Of a DNA stretch of 64,000 bases, positions 42,059 to 55,040 are shown one piece after another. The stretch spans positions 26,569,978 through 26,633,977 of the forward strand of contig NC_068982.1 in the NCBI RefSeq assembly GCF_001194135.2, given 5' to 3'. Made by a program: the position numbers and the translations under genes. This DNA comes from Octopus bimaculoides (lineage: Eukaryota). How positions within the stretch are numbered: the first letter of the stretch is position 1; each line of letters starts with the position of its first letter. The notes under the pieces were generated by a model, which saw only the letters and a program-made list of their open reading frames with translations, was not told where the DNA came from and searched no databases.

Positions 42059-42984
42059 AAAGATTCAGTTGAATTAGGTACTTAAGTTGAAGCACCAATT
42101 CAGTCCGGTATTATTCGCACAGCTCGAAGTAAGGTGAATAAAATCAAAATAAACAACAGGAAATCAAGTAGTAATGCAGTATGATCGTTTCAAGCAGTTC
42201 CATTTAATTGATCAATGAAATCATTATTTCAATTTAAATGCAATGCTATCTTCAGCTGCACAAGTAAATAAATGGAATTTTAACAAGTAGGACACATTAA
42301 TATAATTTTTCTTAAATATTTTAACAGAGTAAAAAGATGGAGGAAATTCATGTTGTCGCTATTGTAGCTAAGAAAAGACTACAACTTCTAAGAACCGCAT
42401 GAAACATAGTGGGGTCATTAGGTTTTAAGGGTTGTAATTCACTTCTAATTCATCTATCTCTTTATCAACTACTAAATCTGAGACTAGAAGACTGTTTTGA
42501 ATAAAGAACATGAGTGAGTTGACAGCTCATGGCTAGGTATGGTCATAAATATTACCATATGTATCCCTTTTCCCCAGGGCGGAAATAAGACATTAGGGGT
42601 AGGCAGTTGAATATAAGTAACTGTCTATAAAAGAGGCAGGGTAGACATAAACTTTAAACCATGATGTTAATTACCAGTTAAAGGGGAAAGAAACTAAGAA
42701 ACCTAAGATGTTAATACAGAGGAAATTTTATTAGGACCACTATGGGGGAATGTTTATAAACAATATTGTTATGTTGTATGAAAATAAAATTTAAGAATTC
42801 CAAAAATGATATCATAACCAAAATATGATATCGTATGATGGACTCTCCCGTCAAGGACGACGTATACTGTTCAGCATTTTTCCCGAACGACCTGCACAAA
42901 TGATTTTGTTTATAGTGATCAAATGTATGTGCTGCCCATTAGCTCATTTCTTCCATCAATTCGATGTTGTCTGAACAGGTGCAC

Positions 42985-43102
42985 GGTGTACCATGCGTGA
43001 GGTGCCGAGGCGGTCGTACAGAAACGCGAGATGAAGTGTTTTTCTCAAAAGCACAACACACCACACGGTCTAGGAATTGAAATTCTAACCACTAGGCCAC
43101 GA
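42985..43102 (-). mobile_element. family 3 SINE fragment
   Basis: GAAGTGTTTTTCTCAAAAGCACAACACACC...GGTCTAGGAATTGAA...CTAACCACTAGGCCACG, related to 26670-26792. Confidence 0.55.
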
Positions 43103-43324
43103 CATTAGTTCAAAACAATATGTATACAAACGTACAAGCGCGCTAGCTACAATATTTTATCCCAGAGGAACTTTTCAGACAGACATCTGTATTTAAAAAC
43201 AACTTACTCAGACTGTAGCCGCGGATCAGCAGACACAGTGTTTTCATCTCGTTTAACCTCCTCATTGTTCAACGCACTTAAGACATTCTGAGTTTCTGCA
43301 ATAAAACTTTGTATATATACTATA

Positions 43325-43915
43325 CGTGGTCTGACCAATAACTATCTAGACTGTTCCCATAGTAACGAAGCTAAAGCACGTAGAGTGAAGCACAGACACG
43401 TGTCTCATACTCAAATCTTCAGCGACAATGGACTAAACTGAACCGTAACTAATGTACTAATCTGCACATCCTCTGATAACTCACGGATGGTGATTCGTCG
43501 ATTTTCCCTCACAGCTGCACGTACATCTGCGATATTTTTCTCAGTTTTGCTGGTTGCGGGTCTCCCAGAACATTCATCAATATCGACATTTTTTCGACCA
43601 TCTTGGAAACGTCTGAACCATTAGTACGGTTGTGTGCGGCTCATACACTCTATTCCATACACATTCTGCAACCTTGCGTAGGCCTCTGAGCAGGTATCTC
43701 CATGACAACTTTTTCTGTCATGGTCAATGCGACGATCACACGTTACACTCCTTCCTTCCAAGCCCTGCTGTAAACAGCAGAAGTGAGCTACATCGTTAAA
43801 ACTTAGTGCGCATGCACAGCAGAGTTCAAGGTCAATCTTTGCCAAGCAACTTTACTCTGCGTGCTTTAGCTTCATTACTATGGCAACAGGCCGGATACTT
43901 ATTGATCAGACCACG
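43325..43915 (-). mobile_element. mariner deletion derivative with 66-bp TIRs
   Basis: TIRs 43325-43390 and 43850-43915 match at 57/66, with TA on both sides. The internal minus strand encodes the transposase HTH region: ARLQNVYG...WFRRFQDGRKNVDIDECSGRPATS...VRENRRITIRELSEDV. Confidence 0.9.
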
Positions 43916-45667
43916 TACATGCTATACATATCGTTAATTTTATTTAATTTTAAGTGCGTACTTGCGAATATTAATTTATTTTTATAATTGTCAGCTTTCG
44001 CACAAGTCAGTGAATTTATGTTTATCAGTTATTTTTGGTTTACCTCAGAGTGTCCGAGGAGATTGTCACTGAAAAGATGAAACGAGGTCGAAACACTGTC
44101 TGATGAAGAGCCGACGACCTTCTAGACGAGCACTGTGTTTTTAGCACACACATCTCTATTTGAGAAGTTTATATATACATTATAATTGTCATACCCATCA
44201 TAAATTACATTGAACTAAATTTTATCGAGAAAACGCACCCATATAGAATGAACGTAAACAATAATATAGTTTTAAAATTCGTAAAGTTAATAGATAACTG
44301 TTTCCTACATTCACATAAATACGATAGAATGCGGTTAAACTTAGCTATAGTTGCCTCTCCAATATAGGGTACATCATATTCGACTACAATAAAAATAACA
44401 TTAGAAATACATCCCAAAACCATATAATTTCAGACCGATATGGTACTGACATTGAAAGATAGAGGTGTGGCAACCCCTAGATAACTTGCAGTATTATTGG
44501 TAAGGCCAACAAATACTGAGGACGGCGAGCAAACGCGAACTTTCTGTCATTCAAAAAATAAAGCATTTTTCAAAAGCGAATATTTTACACATTAGGGATG
44601 TAACCTTTTCCCCCTGAATAAGCAACATTTCACACCCCAAAATTTCAAGCAGGATCCTCTTTCCCACCTACTTGCCATCTCTCCAACATGAATAGTTATT
44701 TTTTTCTTTTATCAATTATAAGCCTTATATGAACTTTAAGCAAAACTGACACATGACCTCTTAAACTTATGCTGAGCTCTTCCATGAAATAAATGTATGG
44801 CCACCACACATTATGGCCATGACATTACATGATATATACAAACTTATGAACCCACAACGCCAAGTGTTTACAACCCTATGAACCAAGTTCGATATCAGTT
44901 ATGTGAAAGATGTGAAAGCCCATAATTGCGAATACACACCCAAACACGAACAAAATGCATAATCAGATGCAAAGATGCGATGCGTATGTGTACATATATA
45001 TGTGCATTTCGTGTATATATATGTGTGTGTGTGTACAAGTATGTAAAGACGTGTACATCCATGTATTTTTATGCGTATGTATGTATGTGTGTATGCATAT
45101 ATACACATGTGTGTGTGAATTTCCGTATGATACCACATGATTCATATAACGAATATATACACAAGCTTATAAATATATACATGAACTTGTGCATAAATAG
45201 ACACTACTATAATGCATATAATGCATCAAGTTTAATGCAAAAAAAATGTGAAAAATATATGGAAATATATTGTGAAAAACATGCAAAACTACGCAATCAC
45301 TCGCAGATATATGCAAATACGAACTATTATGAGCATACACTAGAAATGCATGACGCAGGCATGGTAATGTAAGCCATGGGATAAACTTTAGAACAAAATT
45401 TAATGTAAAGGAGATAATAATTCAAACGTCGTTCCCTCTGATAAGCGTACTTGTTTGCTTACTTCAGAATATTGTTTGATCTCACGTAATTTTACCTTGT
45501 TTTATCCAAGATGGAGAAGAACAACAACGTTCCATACGACAAGATTGATAATTGCAAAGAGTTATCTCTCTTACGATGAAACCAATGGTATCCTGGGTAG
45601 CCTAACCTAAAAATAAAGAATATTTATCCACCAACGCGTTGTTGAGTACTCACTCTCAGTGTTCGAC

Positions 45668-45738
45668 ACAGACAGACAGACAGACAGACAGACTGACGGA
45701 CGGACGGACGGACGGACGGACGGACGGACGGACGGATA
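45668..45738 (+). repeat. (GACA)n(GACG)n
   Basis: Direct reading. Confidence 0.95.
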
Positions 45739-47893
45739 GAAATGTATGTGTATGTCTGTATGTTTCTATGTGGGTGTGTATTTTGTGGATGGGTATATTA
45801 TTTATAAATAATAATGATTATTAAATAACTGGTATTAGTGGAATCTCCCGTGTGTACAAATACTTTAGTATGATAAGTTTTCCATAACTTTAGGATATTT
45901 TTCTGATCACTATGATGAGATTTGAATCTATTATAAGATATTCTTGATATTTCAGTAGTAGCATTTTCCCGAAATGATGGATTCTAAAAGGTTTTACAAA
46001 TATTTCCAAGATCATGTTCCATTAAGATTAAGATTTTTCACCAGCCTTACATCTAAAAAATCTTTAGAGTATTAAAACGTGTTTAAATATACATTTTTGA
46101 AGTGGTTATACATCCTAGCAAAGGTCTTCATTTTCTAGATCACTTTATCATTTCCAAAAAGAAATAATAATACAAAATTAGATAACACAAAAGAGAATAG
46201 TTCAACTTAAATATAATGTTCTGTCACAAATATTTGGTGCGTTGTTTTAGATCATAAGTACATTCTTTTCAAATTACGTACATTCGTTGAACTTGTAGAT
46301 AATAAGTTACTGAAAAGAAACTTTGTCTCCCATTTGTATACTGGAAGAATGTATCTTAAATTAATAAACTATGAAGAACACAGAGACTCAAGATATGAAC
46401 CAAAAATCTTCCCTTCGAGCATTTTTAGGTCTGATTTTGGTTAATAACCAGAAAACGTTTAGATATAAGGATGACAAATGTTATTACAATTTGGTAAGAT
46501 AAAACAATAATTTCAGATATTATGATTGATCAACTATTTACACATGGTTCATTAAAATATGAATTTGGTACAGAAACTTGCATGTTCAGCCTGCAATCAA
46601 ATGTTACTGGTTTCTGTAAACAGTGCAATCAGATGTTCCCAGGTAGACGATAGAAGTGGATACAAGCTTACATAATGCTGTTGTTATTGTTGCTTAGCCC
46701 CCATCCTAAAAAATAACAACAGCAAGCATATCTATCTATAATCGGAATTCTAATCATCATATCTTTTTCATTTTATGACTGTTTAGTGTTGAGGTAGATT
46801 TGGTTGCTATTTCTGGCAGGTCGAGCACCCATGTAAATATTTCCTTTTTGGCTTGTAATATTTCATATTAATTAATTGTGTGGTTTCTAGTTACAGTAGT
46901 TAGTAAGTCGTTCACTACTCAATATACTCATCAGCAAATAGTTTAAATTTCACCTACACTGGACAGTTCATGCTGTCACGGGGTTCAAGTCAGACCGAGT
47001 CCCGCTGCGTTAGGGAGACAAACTGTGCGGAAACCCTATATATTTGCGTATGCATATGCTTGCATACATGTATATAGGTGCTCATGTCAGTAAATATACA
47101 TATATGGATGCATGTACTGTATGTGTACACATGTAAGTATGTGTGCATGGATGGATGTCATTGCTTGTGTAGATCTGTATGTTATGACTTTCATATGTAT
47201 CCTCATACCGGTTTGGATGTCTACATGCGTTTATGCACTTCATATACACTAAATCTCTTCAATATTTTACATACTTCCGCAGTACATTTAATACAGGTTT
47301 TAGCAGTCATTTTCGTACGTTTGTCATTCAATCTGAAAATCAGGTCATTCAAAGTCGCGAGAAAAATTAGCGCCATAAAGTTAGTAATTTAAATTCGTTT
47401 TTCGATCATTCAATTTCGCACTTCGGTCAAAGAATTTAGCATTTACATCATTCAAATTAAAACGCCCGTCGAGAGCATTCAAATTAGTCGGAATGCGACA
47501 GGGCGTCTTAACGAGCATTCAAATTCGCACGTGAGCGTTTGTGTTCGGAATACGTTTATTCAATTTAACGATAATTTTACATGTATGTTTTTACTCACAT
47601 TCTGCGAAGTAAATATCAAAGATGACAAATTTAAATGACCTGTTTTGTCATGTAAACTTTATTATGTTGTTACAGCTACAAGGAAGAAATAAATTGCGTG
47701 ATTCCTCTGTCCACGAAAGTCTTTTTCACTGCAACATTGTGTTCTTTAATCTGTACTTACTTGGCAGTTTATTTGGAGGTGAGCGTTTTTGCTGATTGTT
47801 GAATTGTTTGGCTTTTGTTGAACTGTTTTTGACAGTATTGTTAATTGTTTCTAAAACAATTATTGTTTTCTCCTGCGCGGAGAAGCCTGCAAT

Positions 47894-49180
47894 ATGGCGA
47901 GCGGAGAAAAGCAGAGCGTTGAGGAGAGGAGGTGCTTGAGCGGGGAGGTGATCGAAAAGAATTGTGGAAAGAAACTTATATTAGATTCAGACGAGAAGAG
48001 AGAAGGACCAATACTGGCTACTACAAGGAAAACCATTAATGTACCAAGTTTAATGGCGAAAGAGAAAGAAGAGGAAAGGAAAGAAAGATGCTAAGAAAAA
48101 ACTGGACTTTGCCGCTGTGGCAGGTGCTAAAGTTAGAAAGATTAATTTGGCCAATATGGAGGAACACAAACAAATGATGACAAGGGAGGGGCACGGAATT
48201 AAAGAGGACCCTCCAAAAAGTATTCTTGAAGATATAGAGAGAAAAAACCCCATAATATACAAGACCTACAAGGTCAAAAATAAGAGAATTGATAATGTGT
48301 TAGAGGCAGAGATTGAGAAGTGTCTTAAGCTTATTTGGCATAAGCTAAAGTACCTAGCAAGAGGTAGAAGGTACGGTGGGGGTGAGGATGGAGTCGGAGG
48401 AAGAAGCTCGACTCCATTCAGTGGAACCCCTGAGAACGGAAGAGGTGGTAATTCTACCCATATATATGGGTAGAAGGACGTCGAAGATTACAATCAGCAA
48501 TATTCCCCCATAGGTGGACCCAGAGTGGCTAGTTGCGGCAGTGACAATGGGATTGGAAGATAAAATATCAGTCCTGGACGCTGCCGTGATAGAGTCAAGA
48601 AACTGGCATGGGCAGAGTATGCGTATTATAATTCAAGCCGAACAGACCACACTCGAGGAAATTATTGAGACCTTTGAAGTAGGTGAGACCCGTCTGGTGG
48701 TGACAGTAGAGGATCGCCAGCCTTGATGCTTCCAATGTGGCTAAAAAGGCCACCTCAGGATAGATCGTAAGCCCAAGGAGGCTGAAAAGTAGAAAGAAGA
48801 AACGGAGGTGGTAGAGATTGAACCAGCGACGCTGGAGCAGAAGAGGCCAATACAAATAGAAAAAACACCAATGCCAGAAGAAAACGTAGGGGAGGGATGA
48901 GCTCTTGTGCAGAACAAGAGAAAAATGATGCCACCCTCCCCTAAAAAATAGAAAGAGAAAACAGAGGCGAGGCATATTAAGAAGCCGAGAAAACCTGAAA
49001 AGAAAAACGAAGACAGTTGCTACATGGTGGTTTGAATCTGGAATAGAGATATAGTGAACCGCCTAGCAACTGTCTCTGCAGAAAAACTTGAAGAAGCAGA
49101 GTCAGAAGGAAAGAATTTAAATTTACAAAACAAATCAGAAAATTTATATTTTTGCTAATGAATTTCGTAAAGATATTGGC
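47894..49180 (+). pseudogene. LINE ORF1 (gag-like) remnant
   Basis: ATG at 47894. Basic/acidic low-complexity fragments, and CFQCG*KGHLRIDR near 48727-48768 (CX2CX4HX4C knuckle with the last Cys lost). Several stops and frameshifts. Confidence 0.7.
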
Positions 49181-49283
49181 CCTCCCAGGTTGGACTTTAA
49201 CCCAAAAATGTACGGGCCCGGGAGAGAGAATAGGTGGGTTCCCCCCTCCCCCTCAAGATGCCGACTAAAAAAGGTAAGTCTTT

Positions 49284-51790
49284 ATGGCTGTTCGCGTAAG
49301 TTGTTTAAATGTGCGTGGCCTGACGTCGAGCTGGAAACAAGGACGTTTCCTAAATGACGTCAGGTCACAATGTTTAGATGTTACTGTTGCTACTGAAACT
49401 TGGTTAAAAGTGCCAAGATATCTACTCCCGCTCCTGAAAGGCTACGAGGAATTCATTTCTCCAGGCCGGCCGGGGAATAGGGGTGGGGTGTTGGTCTTAC
49501 TTAAAAGAAACTGAGTTTCAGAGAAAAAGTTTTTTCTGATCCAGAAGGTAGGCTGGTCGTCTTAGACCTGATGTTCAGTTGTGGTAAGGAAATTAGGCTG
49601 ATCGCGGTTTATGCACCTAATTCGAGTCATACTGATTATTACAGAGAGTTGGAGAAGTTTCTAGGAACATCACGTTCCTTAGCTGTGTTAGGAGACTTTA
49701 AAACTATTCTCGATGCACGCGTGGATAGAGTTGGCTCAAACTCTGATAGGAGACCTAACATTGGCTTCCGGGATCTACTAAGTCGTTTTCAGCTAGTAGA
49801 ACCCTACAGACTAGAATTTCCGGCCGCTCCATTGTGGACATGGTCAAATAGCGACGGGTCTTCTAGGTCTACATAGATAGGATTTTTATTAGAAAACTAG
49901 ATAAAGATATGGTTACGTGTCCACAATATCACATGGTCAGTTACAGTGACCACAAGATGGTCACTTGTAAACTGTACCTAGATAAGTTATGTAGTAAGAG
50001 TTTCAGCTACTAGAAACTCAATAATTCCCCTTTGGCAATTGAGGAGTACAGGAGCCGGATTAAGCTATTAATACAGAGGGAGTTGACAGGTTCTATTATT
50101 AACAACAAATGCTGGTACGCCCTCAAAAGAGCCATTAAATTCGAGTCTATTAGATATAGTATAGGTTTAGTGGCTAGAGGGCCTAAGAAGAAAACAGAAT
50201 TAGTTAAGGTCCCAGGGGAATCCATGAGAACTGGCGACGCAACCCAGGTGAAGAGACTGGAGTTAAACCAGCACCTCGAAGCCAAACACATAGGGTGTAT
50301 TGTCAGAGCTAGACTTCATGCAATGGGGAGCGAGGGAATCGAGGCCACTGGATCGGCACGTGTTGTGGAAGCTCAACGTAGAAATGATTCCATAATTCCA
50401 TCTTTGGTGAATTCGCAAGGTGAGTTGATAAACGAACCCGAGGAGATGTGTCGAACCTTCCAGGAGCACTTCGCCCAGCTTTTCGTGGGGAGTGATGGAC
50501 CGGTTAGTAGGACAGATTTTACAGACTTCCGCCGCCGGGCTGCCTCGCTTCTCGGAGCAGGATGCGGAGAGCTGTGAAGGGTCGATCACACCTGAGGAAG
50601 TGATTGGAGCCATAGCGGACTGCAGCGGTGGTAAGGCACCGGGACTCAACGGCCTACCGTACGTGCTATATAAAAGTATGCCAGACATGCTCGGGTACGT
50701 ACTAGCTAGCGTTTACACGAACTGACAATAGAATGGTTTGATTCCCAGAGCTGTGCGCCGGGGAGTAGTAATAATTCTGGCAAAGGTGGGGCACTGGCCC
50801 ATTTAGACCAAGCTAAAGCGTTTGATAGGGTAGGCCATCGTTACCTGTTTTACGTGCTCGCACGGTCTGGAATAGGTCTTGGTTTCCTCAGGTGGATCAT
50901 ACAGTTGTACGACAACATCGACTCGATAGTCCGAGTGAATGGCTTTTTCTCGAAGCCGTTCTGCATCAAACGATCGGTTCGCCAAGGGTGTCCGCTCTCC
51001 CCGCTTTTGTACGTGATGGCCCTCGAGCCATTACTGAGAAAACTGAGTGGCATCCCGACGACTCCAGGAGGTGGAGGATCAGTTACAGCGTACGCGGATG
51101 ACATCACTATCATCGTGACCAAGATGGAACACCTACAGAAAGTAGGCGAAACCATTAAGGTTTACGAGACGGTGACAGGAGCAAAAATTAACCGGGAAAA
51201 GTCGGTCGGCTTGCAATTCGGCACGTGGAGGGGCAAGTCGATGCCTTCGAATTGCGTCGTGGGAAACTGGGCAGAGGGCCCGGTTAAGTTGCTAGGAATC
51301 TGGTTTGGTCCAGATCTCCAGATAGAAAAGAACTTGTCTGAGGTATTGGGCAAAGTAATCCACATAGTCAAGGCCTGATCTTGGTGGTGGCTATCCTGAG
51401 AGGGAGGGAGAAGGTGGCCAATGTGTTTATCGCATCGGTCATCGTTTACCGTTTAACCGTCGTTCCTTGTCCAAATTCATGGTTGAGCAAGTTGTAAGAC
51501 GTTCTATTTGCTGTCAAAAGGCGTTAAAGGGTGGGTTATGGATGCCTTGGCTGTTGATGCGCAAGCATGCGCTGAGGTTGAGACATCTTTAGCTCTACCT
51601 GGATGGTGAACGGGTGTGGTCTCCGCTCGCTAGACGGATGTTCCCCACATTTACTTGTTTTGGTAGTAGAGAAAACTGGTTTCGTCGAAGATCGAGGTTG
51701 GGTACCTGGTTTACGGAGTGCCGCAAGGCTCTTCTCCAGTTCCGCAACTCGGGCAACGCCAGCGGTTTCGGTACCACCGCGGCTTACTAT
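49284..51790 (+). pseudogene. LINE ORF2 (APE endonuclease plus reverse transcriptase) remnant
   Basis: APE motifs: CLNVRGL, ATET, PEGRL, IAVYAPN, LGDF, WTW, YSDHK. RT motifs: KAPGLNGLP, LDQAKAFDRVGH, RQGCPLSPLLYVMALEPL, YADD, KINREKS, LLGIWF. Many stops and frameshifts, and internal deletions near 50770-50800. Confidence 0.93.
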
Positions 51791-54700
51791 ATAGTTGGTT
51801 GGTAAAGGCTGAAAATGATGATGTCTTCACAGATTTCTTTCATATGTGTGACTGTTCCCTCCTGCAACTTTTTTTATTTGTATCGTCATTGTTATCCGTT
51901 CTGCGGATTGAATTGTACAAACTTTTAGCCAGACATCATGAGTCATAGGTAGACATAACTTGAAAATATTTTTGAACAGCTTCTTGTGATGTGCTGACAT
52001 CTTTAGAGTTGGTTGTGCAGAGTTTGTATCGGTATGTACCTGTGTACCTTTTATTTGAATTCTTCGTATATAAAAGAGGTTGATTTTTTAAGAAAACTCT
52101 TTCACTAGGATTTGGAAAATAAAAACGATGTTATATGTTGAACTTCTGAAAAGATGTGCATACTTTTATTGTTTAATTTACAGGTTGTATCTGTAAAGTG
52201 CGTGAAAATCTGTTTCTTTATGCAAAAACCTAGCTTTTCCATATTATCACTAAGATATTTACTAAAATAACTAAGTGCACCAATGATTATTGATATAAAT
52301 TTGAACTGTAATCAGGGCATTAGAATTGTATCCATGTATACAGGTAGACATGCATGTATGCATGCAAATATGTATGTGCGTAGGAATGTGTTTTCCCATT
52401 CTCTCTGTCGTAAGTATATTTATTTCCTAAAATAAGTGTGGTTGAAAACATACAACCAAATACACTGTTATTCACAAAACTTTTAAAAAGCAATAAAATG
52501 AATAATTGACAGTTAGTTACGTAACCTCAATAAGCCAAATATTAAGGAATAATCTATTTAGAGTTAACTTTTATTATACTTTTTAAAAATACATATTATT
52601 TATATGATTTCTCTCACTATTCTTCATGATCGTTTGTATACACGATATACTTTAATATATTTATTGATAATAATATTAATGCAAACTAAATATTTACTGT
52701 TACTGTCTCATAAATTCAATTGTTCCAGATTTAGTATCATATTATTTATTCGCTAAATTACGTAATACGGCCAATTGTATTTCAGAATTAGTTGTTTAGC
52801 ATCCAACATTCTCTTATTCAATAGACTCACCAATGCTCATTGACATTCATTAGCTTAACTCTAAGATTTCATGTTCAGAAGGTTTTGAATTCGTTCAGAA
52901 TATTTTGAATTCATTCAGAAGAAAACTTACCCATAAACTAAACACAATGATATATGTCTGTGGAGTGGTAAAATAAAAGGAAAGAATTTATAAATTAGAG
53001 AGTAAAAATAAAATAAATTGAATATAATTTTTGAAAATAGGAGAAAATAAAATTCCGGCATCTAATCTACGAACTCATTACCCATTTTAAAGGAAATAAC
53101 CTAGTTAAACGTCCTATGATCTTTGACACTAACTCTAGCATTGCCATAACTGCTAGACTAATTTAGAAATACTCTTCAACAGTTTTTCATTCCTCTGAAA
53201 CCTTGACATTTGGTTACCATCGGTTTCCAAAACAATTGCTTATGTATCATGGTCGACCTCTGATTTCTATTCTAAGATATTCAAGAATAGAAAAAAATAT
53301 TTTGAAAATAAATCTATCTCGGCTGATTCATACCCATTAATATAGTTTTTTTTTTTTTTTGTAGTTTGGGGCGGTGATTATGGTGGTGTAATAGTAGTAG
53401 CAAGGGAGAAGTTAGGATTGTTGATTGCGGGAGGACTTAAAGGTTATAATGATATTATTAGTAGTAATTTATGATGATTAAGTTCTTGTTATTGTTTTTG
53501 TTGTAGCAGTGTTAAGATAACGCATAAGAGCGAAGCTAAATTCAGGCGCTTCTTAATTTAGAAAAACGTTGTTGATTTTTTTTTTTATCTTTTTTTATAA
53601 ATTCAGTTGTTCTTGAGAAGGATTGGTTCTTTATAGGTTAAGTTTGCATGGGTTGCAAGTTGATATTAAGTCGTTGGCACTTTAATCTGTCATGACTGAG
53701 AAAAATCTGTTAAATGTATCTGCTTCAATCCCTTAAGAATACACTGACATGGTTACTAGCATTACATGTGCCTTGCAAACTCATTTGTCAACGGTTCCCA
53801 TAACATGTTGAAAGGTTAAAATAGATTAGTCCTATAACCCATTGGGTCGAAGGGGTTTCAGTTGGAAACTTTATCATTACGCAATGTGTATATGGTACGG
53901 CAAATTATTTGTTTCAGGCAATATTATTAACAGGATTGTAAAATGGAAATGCGTATTAAGCCATTGAATGATGTTTAGGGTTCGGTGTTTAGCTCCTACT
54001 TTATGACTTTAAATAGATAAAAATAGAAATTCTAATTTAAAGCATCCTACATAATCTGGTAGCTATTTCTAAGATGTTTTGGTACTTCAATATGTTGGCA
54101 ACGCGGCCACCAGCTTCTACGCGCAATCTTTCCCTCAATGATTTGAACTCAGTTTTGCTAACTGCAGATACGCTTGTCTGTTCCGTTTTTAATCTGCTCA
54201 GAGGAGCAATCTTTTTCATGCGTATAGTATAATTGCACTGAATAACAAATAGCACGCATCAACCCTAACTGTAATACAAATTTTAGATAACAACTTTACG
54301 ATAACGTAAATATCATTTATTGCTGAGGTTTTTTCCAATTTTTTTTATTTCCAGTAGAACTCATTTATTAGCAGATAACATTAATTGTATTAATTATTAA
54401 AAGAGTCTTAATAAAAGAGTAACAGACGAAGAAATGCAGTTGATAGGCTGAAATCCTGAATGTTGTGATTGTAAGATCATTAAGTGAGAACATGTAAATA
54501 AAACTGTTCAGCCGCATTAATTTTTGAACTCAATACCGTAAATTACGATGCTATGCATTGATCCCTGCAACTTATTCTTTTCATCTTCCTCTGTTACAGA
54601 AAAGATGTGTGAATAGTTATAGAACTAGTCTTGGTGCGAGGAAAATACTATTAGCAATTATTACTCAATAATATAATATCTACTGAAACGATATATACCA

Positions 54701-54837
54701 TAAATTTAAAATACTAATTGTAATTCTTACAATAACTCAGAATACGATGAAGAATGCATGATTCGAACCATCATCCCCACACATATTGAGGCAATGTGTT
54801 ATAATATTTTAAGACATTATTAGCTGGTATACTAATG

Positions 54838-55040
54838 TGGCGCGCGGACAAAATCTCTAGTGCGCAGGACAAAATGCTTAGCGGCATTTCGTCTGTCTTT
54901 ACGTTCTGAGTTAAAATGTTGCCGAGGTCGAATTCTTTCGCGCTCGATAAAATGAATACCACGCGAGAACTGGAGTCGATGTAATCGACTTTCCCGCTCC
55001 TCCGAAGTTGCTGGCCTAGTGATACAATTTGAAACCATTA
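54838..55040 (+). mobile_element. family 1 SINE, tail type C
   Basis: AAAATGCTTAGCGGCATTTCGTCTGTCTTTACGTTCTGAGT...GATGTAATCGACT...GCTGGCCTAGTG...TTTGAAACCA. Confidence 0.8.

Larger units (their letters stand above)
47770..51800 (+). mobile_element. L1/Tx1-clade LINE, decayed, 3' part missing
   Basis: T-rich leader, ORF1 remnant with a zinc knuckle, and ORF2 remnant with APE and RT domains. GC content is higher than in the flanks. The 5' boundary is approximate. Confidence 0.9.

Noticed and set aside
47325-47566. CRISPR-like repeat-spacer interpretation of the motif array
   Set aside because: The repeat is only about 10 bp and degenerate, the spacers are irregular, there are no cas genes, and the context is eukaryotic.
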